In this document: positions 9,901-12,619 of the stretch, one piece after another
Position numbering within the stretch: the first letter of the stretch is position 1
Layout of the letters: each line of letters begins with the position of its first letter
DNA from: Octopus sinensis
Lineage: Eukaryota
NCBI RefSeq assembly: GCF_006345805.1
Contig: NW_021826583.1
Span: forward strand, 1-12,619
DNA: 12,619 nt
Direction of reading: 5' to 3'
The notes under the pieces: generated by a model
Databases searched by the model: none
Told to the model about the DNA's origin: nothing
The model's input: the letters and a program-made list of their open reading frames with translations, nothing else
Made by a program: the position numbers and the translations under genes

Positions 9901-10487
9901 TCATCATGTAAGTCGAGGACATTGTAGTTGTTCATTTTAACCAAAATGCAGAAAAATTTTTTTAATTTTTTTGGGGGGGAAGGTTTTAAGGACTTCATCA
10001 TGGGAGTCGAGGACATTGTAGTTGTTCATTTTAACCAAATGCAGAGAAAATTTTTTTTAATTGTTTGGGGGGAAGGTTTTAAGGACTTCATCATGTAAGT
10101 CGAGGACATTGTAGTTGTTCATTTTAACCAAAATGCAGAAAATTTTTTTTATTTGTTTGGGGGGAGAAGGTTAAGGACTTCATCATGTAAGTCGAGGACA
10201 TTGTAGTTGTTCATTTTAACCAAAATGCAGAAAATTTTTTTTAATTTTTTTGGGGGGAAGGTTTTAAGGACTTCATCATGGGAGTCGAGGACATTGTAGT
10301 TGTTCATTTTAACCAAAATGCAGAAAATTTTTTTTTTAATTTGTTTGGGGGGGAGGTTTTAAGGACTTCATCATGTAAGTCGAGGACATTGTAGTTGTTC
10401 ATTTTAACCAAAATGCAGAAAAATTTTTTTTAATTTTTTGGGGGGGAAGGTTTTAAGGACCTCATCATGTAAGTCGAGGACATCGTA
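6956..10487. repeat. Tandem satellite-like array, ~94-bp monomer, ~37.5 copies
   Basis: Consensus ~GGACTTCATCATGTAAGTCGAGGACATTGTAGTTGTTCATTTTAACCAAAATGCAGAAAA(T)nAA(T)n(G)nAAGGTTTTAA. 38 GGAC(T/C)TC anchors counted from 6968 to 10457, mean period 94.3 bp. Copies are head-to-tail with no spacers. Confidence 0.98.
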
Positions 10488-10508
10488 TTGCCAATTGAAG
10501 TTGGTGTG

Positions 10509-10540
10509 CACACACAGACAGACAGACAGACAGACACACA
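10509..10540 (+). repeat. (CA)n-(CAGA)5-(CA)n microsatellite at the Helitron 5' end
   Basis: CAGA x5 at 10515-10534 flanked by CA repeats, ~25 bp inside the 5'-TC end. A (TCTG)n microsatellite near the 5' end is typical of many non-autonomous Helitrons. Confidence 0.92.
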
Positions 10541-10562
10541 CCATACCATTTTATTATTAAGA

Positions 10563-10849
10563 TTATTATCCGCCTCATTTTAGCCATGTGGCAGCATTGC
10601 CCGTCACAAGACTGCCAATTTTACATCCAAATATTGCTCGGCAGTCCTCGATCGAGCAATGGACCACCAATTTGATGACGAGAAGGTAAAAGATAGCCAG
10701 GAAGAAACATTTAGACAAATTGAACAAATTCAAGATGTTCTACAGCAGCAAAACGAGTGTTAGTAAAATACTACTCGACTGCCAGTCTTTCCATAAATAA
10801 TATGTTTATCAAAGTGAACTCACAAGGAATCACGCCTTCAACCAGACAT
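10563..10849 (-). pseudogene. hAT transposase, 5' part (start of BED-finger region plus core fragments)
   Basis: From ATG 10849: MSG*RRDSL*VHFDKHIIYGKTGSRV | (F)Y..NTRFAAVEHLEFVQFV*MFLPGYLLPSRHQIGGPLLD | EDCRAIFGCKIGSLVTGNAA(N)MAKMRRII. These match the hAT motifs 'GR++D.+W.+F', 'NTPF..VE...F...LRPGY.PPSR..+GG.LLD' and 'FGC.V.S.VTDNAANM.KMR'. Confidence 0.88.
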
Positions 10850-10860
10850 TTAATCATTTA

Positions 10861-10940
10861 GATAATTTTAATTTGTTTGATTTTTTAATGATTTAAATCA
10901 TTGATTTTTTGTTGATTAAAATCAAATTCTTTAAATCAAC
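10861..10940. repeat. hAT 5' subterminal region with GATTTAAATC motifs
   Basis: Contains the 16-bp palindrome AATGATTTAAATCATT (10887-10902) and further gattaaaatc/tttaaatcaa motifs resembling 4881-4975. It lies just upstream of the transposase ATG on the minus strand. Confidence 0.65.
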
Positions 10941-10946
10941 TTTTTC

Positions 10947-11772
10947 ATAATATTCATTGCGGGTAATTTCAATGCCAAAGTAGGCATTCAAAAACAATTA
11001 GAACAATTCATGGGAAGAAATGGATTCGGTATAGGAAACTTATCTGGATGCTTCCTCACGAATTCTGTCCCTTATATGACTTATTATATTATGCAAACAA
11101 GAAAAAACTGATTTTGTGTAAGTAACAAGATCAAATGACAAAATCGATGAAAGATGGCGCCATGTACAAAAACTTGACTCTCTTCTGAGAGACAGTGAGA
11201 ATATTGTAAGGAGAAAAATGCTGACATCTGCATTAATGCACAAACTCTGGAATGAATGGCTATCAGTATTAGCGAATGTTCAACTCCGGACAAGGCTTTA
11301 CAATGCCTTTTTGAAACCCGTGTTAATTTATAGCTCCTCCACTTGGGGTTACACAGATACGGAACTGACACGTCTTGACAGTTTCCACAGAGGACAATTG
11401 AAAAAATTCTTCAAAATGCAGTGGCCCTATCGAATATCCCGGGAGTCGTTATACAGAAAGTGCTCTACAAGGCCACTTTGCATTAACATTTCTGAATCCC
11501 GCTGAAAGCTATTTGGACACATACTGCGAATGGACCACTCCGCACTTGCAAATACGGTGATGGAGGATTACTTCCAATGCGACAAACCACGTTTCCGTGG
11601 ACGCCTACGCACTACGTTACCTGTCGTTCTGAAACCGGACCTCGCACAAATCAAATCCTGGCTCAAGACCGGTGATGACTTGGACAGGCTGCGGCCCACA
11701 GTCCTTAACCGAGGAAAATGGAGGAGACTCGTTACTAATATTGTTTTGGGTGTTGCACATGTGGGACTATAA
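10947..11772 (+). pseudogene. RTE-type LINE ORF, internally deleted (APE endonuclease fragment joined to the post-RT C-terminus)
   Basis: IIFIAGNFNAKVG..EQFMGRNGFG (10947-~11030; GDFNAKVG endonuclease motif). Then a single frame 11101-11772 with two stops: EKTDFV*VTR..ERWRHVQKLDSLL..RRKMLTSALMHKLW..RLYNAFLKPVLIYSSSTWG..LDSFHRGQL..WP.RISRESLY..R*KLFGHILR..FRGRLRTTLP. A possible (TAA)3 tail lies at 11799-11808. Confidence 0.9.
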
Positions 11773-11819
11773 TTAATATGGCCCTACAATAAGTGGGTTA
11801 ATAATAATGGTTTTCCGAA

Positions 11820-12316
11820 CTTTAACGCCGAAAGAGAAAGCATTAGTGTTAACCCTTCATCCATTTATGTTGATGCGTCAAGCATTATCATTAGTCATCA
11901 AGAATTAGCATTTCTCTATGGAGTGGCCAATTTAAGTGAGCGTATTCTCCTAAAGATTATGATCACCTGGTGTCTGGTGTTAGTGTATCAAGCATGATAT
12001 ACGCGATTTTGCATACAGAAAAGGCACGTCATCTTGGAGCCTAACTATGTACGGTTTCAAAAGTGAACAAGTCATAGATGTGAAAGGGTTGATCCAAGTA
12101 CAAAAAGAGTTTTTTTTATAAAAAAAAATTGGTGCTGTGCTATATGTTGATATTAGACGCTCTAGAAAGTTACGAACTCATAGGGTGCAATTTGTAGTAG
12201 AGAACGCCAGAGTATGCGTTAAAGTGAATATTACCATTTACACCTCGGTTGTTGTCTAGCACAATAAGCCAGACATTGTGGTACAAGATAAGATCTCTGT
12301 TGAGATACTTATCATT
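11820..12316 (+). pseudogene. Remnant of a non-LTR retrotransposon with a C-terminal restriction-like endonuclease (R2/R4/NeSL-type)
   Basis: HRCERV (zinc-knuckle vicinity), RRSRKLRTHRVQFVVENARVCVKVNITIYTSVVV*HNKPDIVVQDKISVEILII (HNKPDIVVQDK at 12260-12292; PD..(D/E)xK-type 'HN+PDI++.DK' motif). The upstream boundary is approximate. Confidence 0.78.
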
Positions 12317-12619
12317 TATGCACAGATTCAAAATCAATGTCATTTCTTGCGTACTATTTCCAAACTTGTCATGCAGACGGGTAGTCGGATTAATTTAGTT
12401 AACTTTTAATTATCTGTTTTTCGTTAAATAAAGCATATTCTTTTAATAACGAATTTGACTTTTGTTCGGAAATCTTGTATTGGTATTGTCTAGTTTTGTT
12501 GAAACATCCAAATTTTTTAAAAATTAATTTAATGTTATCAAATATCAGATGACAGAAAAAAGGAGTAAATTATATGGCAGCGGTGAAGAGGCAGTGTGCG
12601 TTGCCACAAACGATAGCCA

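Larger units (their letters stand above)
5886..10562 (-). mobile_element. Non-autonomous Helitron (4677 bp) carrying a tandem array
   Basis: On the minus strand it starts A|TCTTAATAATAAAATGGTATGGTGTGTG(TCTG)n at 10562 and ends with a hairpin plus CTAG|T at 5886. It sits between A and T with no TSD, as established for Helitrons, and contains a Pif1 helicase C-terminal remnant near the 3' end. Confidence 0.9.
4881..10940 (-). mobile_element. hAT-superfamily DNA transposon, internally deleted and interrupted by a Helitron
   Basis: Transposase pieces at 10849-10563 and 5885-5026 are colinear on the minus strand. One end has CAGGGTT (4881) followed by GATTTAAATC-like subterminal motifs, and similar motifs occur at 10861-10940. 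The right-hand TIR and an 8-bp TSD were not found, so the right boundary is approximate. Confidence 0.85.

Noticed and set aside
7130-10450. G-quadruplex array from the G-runs
   Set aside because: Each monomer has only one G-run (about 5-9 nt) plus GG, and the runs are separated by ~85 nt, which does not fit a four-tract motif with short loops.
6956-10487. CRISPR array
   Set aside because: Monomers are contiguous ~94-bp head-to-tail copies with no unique spacers, there are no cas genes, and the context is eukaryotic TE debris.
4873-10950. 8-bp hAT target-site duplication and right-hand TIR
   Set aside because: The left flank TTTACAAC has no match after the right subterminal region, and the expected ...AACCCTG reads ...AACTTTT, so that end is degraded or truncated.
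11040-11371. Minus-strand ORFs 11040..11243 and 11084..11371
   Set aside because: They are antisense to the recognisable RTE frame and show no independent motifs.
2000-11510. Alternative genetic code (TGA=Trp), suggested by TGA at expected Trp positions (RT 'VV*', hAT 'VA*Y' and 'SL*V', RTE 'R*KLFGH')
   Set aside because: TGA also replaces expected Arg (CGA>TGA, e.g. E*IFS), TAA/TAG replace Gln/Tyr/Glu, many Trp remain TGG, and frameshifts coexist. This is ordinary transition-driven decay.
12330-12619. Feature at the right end of the window
   Set aside because: No recognisable motif, repeat or sustained reading frame.

Overview
AT-rich eukaryotic DNA, not prokaryotic, made up mostly of decayed transposable elements from six lineages plus one candidate host gene. 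Left to right: an rve/DDE integrase pseudogene (~47-719, +); a pogo/Tigger DDE_1 fragment (~988-1323, +); an RTE-type reverse transcriptase pseudogene (~1900-2600, +); the spliced 3' end of a candidate single-pass membrane protein gene with ~30-nt introns (2763-3187, -); an internally deleted hAT transposon (~4881-10940, -); an internally deleted RTE-type LINE (10947-11772, +); and a remnant of a restriction-like-endonuclease non-LTR element (~11820-12316, +). The key structure is a three-level nest. The hAT transposase is split at an A|T dinucleotide by a 4677-bp Helitron (5886-10562, -) that has canonical 5'-TC and hairpin+CTAG-3' ends and a Pif1-helicase remnant. About three quarters of that Helitron is a ~3.5-kb array of ~94-bp monomers (38 anchor motifs counted) with signs of higher-order structure. 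Removing the Helitron restores the transposase reading frame across the junction. All family calls come from manual translation and recalled motif consensus, with no database search. Homopolymer length variation suggests possible long-read indel errors, so some frameshifts may be artefacts.
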